A DNA stretch of 64,000 nucleotides from the human T2T-CHM13v2.0 reference genome, Homo sapiens: NCBI RefSeq assembly GCF_009914755.1, contig NC_060944.1, one strand, 5' to 3'. Position numbers and translations under genes: made by a program. How positions within the stretch are numbered: position 1 is the stretch's first letter; each line of letters opens with the position of its first letter. Positions 61,846 to 64,000 of this stretch are shown piece by piece. The notes beneath the pieces were generated by a model. That model ran no database searches, was not told where the DNA came from, and was given only the letters and a program-made list of their open reading frames with translations.

Positions 61846-64000
61846 TTAATGAGTTTACCTAGGAAAAATTACCTTCTGAAACACTGATGATTATGGGAAA
61901 CTGATCTACATTTTTAACAGGCTTCAGTATTTTTCCACAATACAGGCTATGTAAAAAAACTCATATCTATAAAGATCAAAGCAGTCTACACCATCTTTCC
62001 TACTTATCCTTATCCACTTTCACATGTAAATTGTTTCTAGGAAGAACCAGTGATTCATGAAAATGTATTTAAAAATTATGTTCTACTGAAACAAATAGCC
62101 AAAAGTATCATTATGCCATTTATTATTTTTTCTGACCCCAATTCTATCAGTTTATACGGAAGTAACAAAAGTAAAAGAGTTTATGGGCACTATAAATTCT
62201 TACAGGGATCACAAAAAGATCCAAAGCATTGATTTAATTATTGAACTTTCCCTTCATTTTAATGTAATACATAACAATGGCTCCTCCAGTCAATCTTTAT
62301 CTACTGTTTTTCTCAAAAGAGTGATTCTGATTTCTGTTTTGAAAAGGTCACTCAATATAATAAAATGTCCTTAAGGTGCACTCCTAATATACTATTTTCT
62401 AATATTCTCTTTTAATATAATAAGCACTTGCTTATCACCTAGTATTGAAGTGGTAATAATATCACATCACTTGAGAACTTGCAGTATCTTTATTTTCTTC
62501 AAAAAGGCACATGTGCTTGGATGATTCAAAATGTGATGCAACCTTTGTTCACTTCACAACTTCTGTGAATAAGACACTTGTACAAAAAATATCATTTTCA
62601 AAAGGACCCCTTATTAAGTACAATCAGTATTAAAGGTGACTTAGTCCACCTGCAGTCTGATTCGGATGCTTTCTACACTACTTATCTGTGCTCTCATCTT
62701 CATTTAAAGGAAAAAGACAAGATCTGGGGATGATGTTCAAGCCACAATGACTGTTAAGCCACACAGCATTACTTTTTATTTTTCTAAAAGTAAAACAAGT
62801 AGACATTATTCCAACCTTTTAGAGAACTCAGATTGACAACTACATCTCGTTGACAAAAGGAAAATCTCAACTCCATTAATTTCCCAGAACCCTGGACAAC
62901 CAGTGACATCATTTTTAATGTTTTCATTATAATATTCTTTTCTATACAATATTGTACCAATGAACCTCATTCTGTCTTTAGTCTCCAGCCTTATCCAGCA
63001 ATCAATGCAGGTATATAAGCAGAGTTGCTTCATCAATCTGAAGTGTCCCGACAAATCGAAGCATACAGGCCAAGCACTGATTCTTACCAAGGCAACTCTC
63101 TAAAATGAAAATCAGATGAACCCTCCCCAGGTCTCCATCCAGTCATATGCCATGGTTAGCTGGCTTCCATGCCCTTACCTCTTCCCCCAACCCTCTCTAA
63201 AAAATTAATAATCGCATGACTTCAGGGTGGTTATGCATTATTTGTAATTTAGTCCATCTCTCCTTTCTGAACCAACTTGAAACCACTGATGTTGACTTAG
63301 CTTGGCTCAAGATTGCTTTATGAACCATAACCAGCTCAAACATTACAAACAATACTTATTATGATTAATCTTCCAGCAATTAATCTGAGCTGTATTAACA
63401 TAATTACGTGGAAAAGATCTCACAATGGAAGACATTCAAAGACCACGCCAAAGTAGAATCAGGAGGACCTGGCTATGGCTCACTGACCGGTCCAACTTCT
63501 TCACCTTTGAAACGAGGTGAGGACATTATTAACTCCACTGGCGCAGCATCGAGGTCTTGATTTACTTATGAAAATGTAATCAATCCAAAGAACAGTGGCT
63601 GACACATACTGGGCATCTCTATAAGTTGAAGGAATCAATGAATGACTTCACCTGGATGCCAACTATAGGCCTCAGAAGAAAAGTGTTGGAAAATCAAAGA
63701 CAGATAAGATGTAGAATGATGACTTAGACATTGTTAGAGAGTGACATCCTAAAGATCAGAAACAACGCTCAGATTTGTCAGGGGAGATGATGACTTCAAT
63801 TTCAGACAGGCTGAGTTTTAAGGGCCTGTGGGACACGAGGGTAGCAATGCCTAACAGGCACCTGAAAATGAAAAGCGGAGCTCAAGAGAGGCTGGAGCTC
63901 AAGGTACAGATCTGGGTGCCATAAATGTATACCTATCATTTGGGACTTTGACCAAACAGCTCAGATTATGTGGGGAGAAAGCACGGATCAGGGCTGCTTC

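Overview
Primate genomic DNA, almost certainly human. Gene content and order match chr20q13.32: NELFCD (+, 15 coding exons, 590 aa), CTSZ (-, 6 exons, 303 aa), TUBB1 (+, 4 exons, 451 aa), ATP5F1E (-, 2 coding exons plus a non-coding last exon, 51 aa) and exons 2-6 of PRELID3B/SLMO2 (-; exon 1 lies beyond the window). I reconstructed each exon chain by hand from GT-AG boundaries, and each sums to the expected intact ORF. Non-coding DNA holds about 26 Alus (none after ~45.5 kb), L2/L1/DNA-transposon relics, three CpG islands and a solo MER41-type ERV1 LTR with a 4-bp TSD. I see no novel protein-coding system; almost all of the ORF track is Alu-, GC- or antisense-derived noise. The best leads are regulatory. 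(1) The TUBB1 exon 2-3 junction regenerates its own 5' splice site, a candidate for EJC-suppressed re-splicing. (2) The MER41 LTR keeps one intact GAS motif between CTSZ and TUBB1. (3) NF-E2/GATA enhancer clusters flank TUBB1. (4) TUBB1 and ATP5F1E 3'UTRs can overlap convergently. (5) A tandem repeat multiplies the CTSZ exon 4 donor. (6) This haplotype carries TUBB1 His307.
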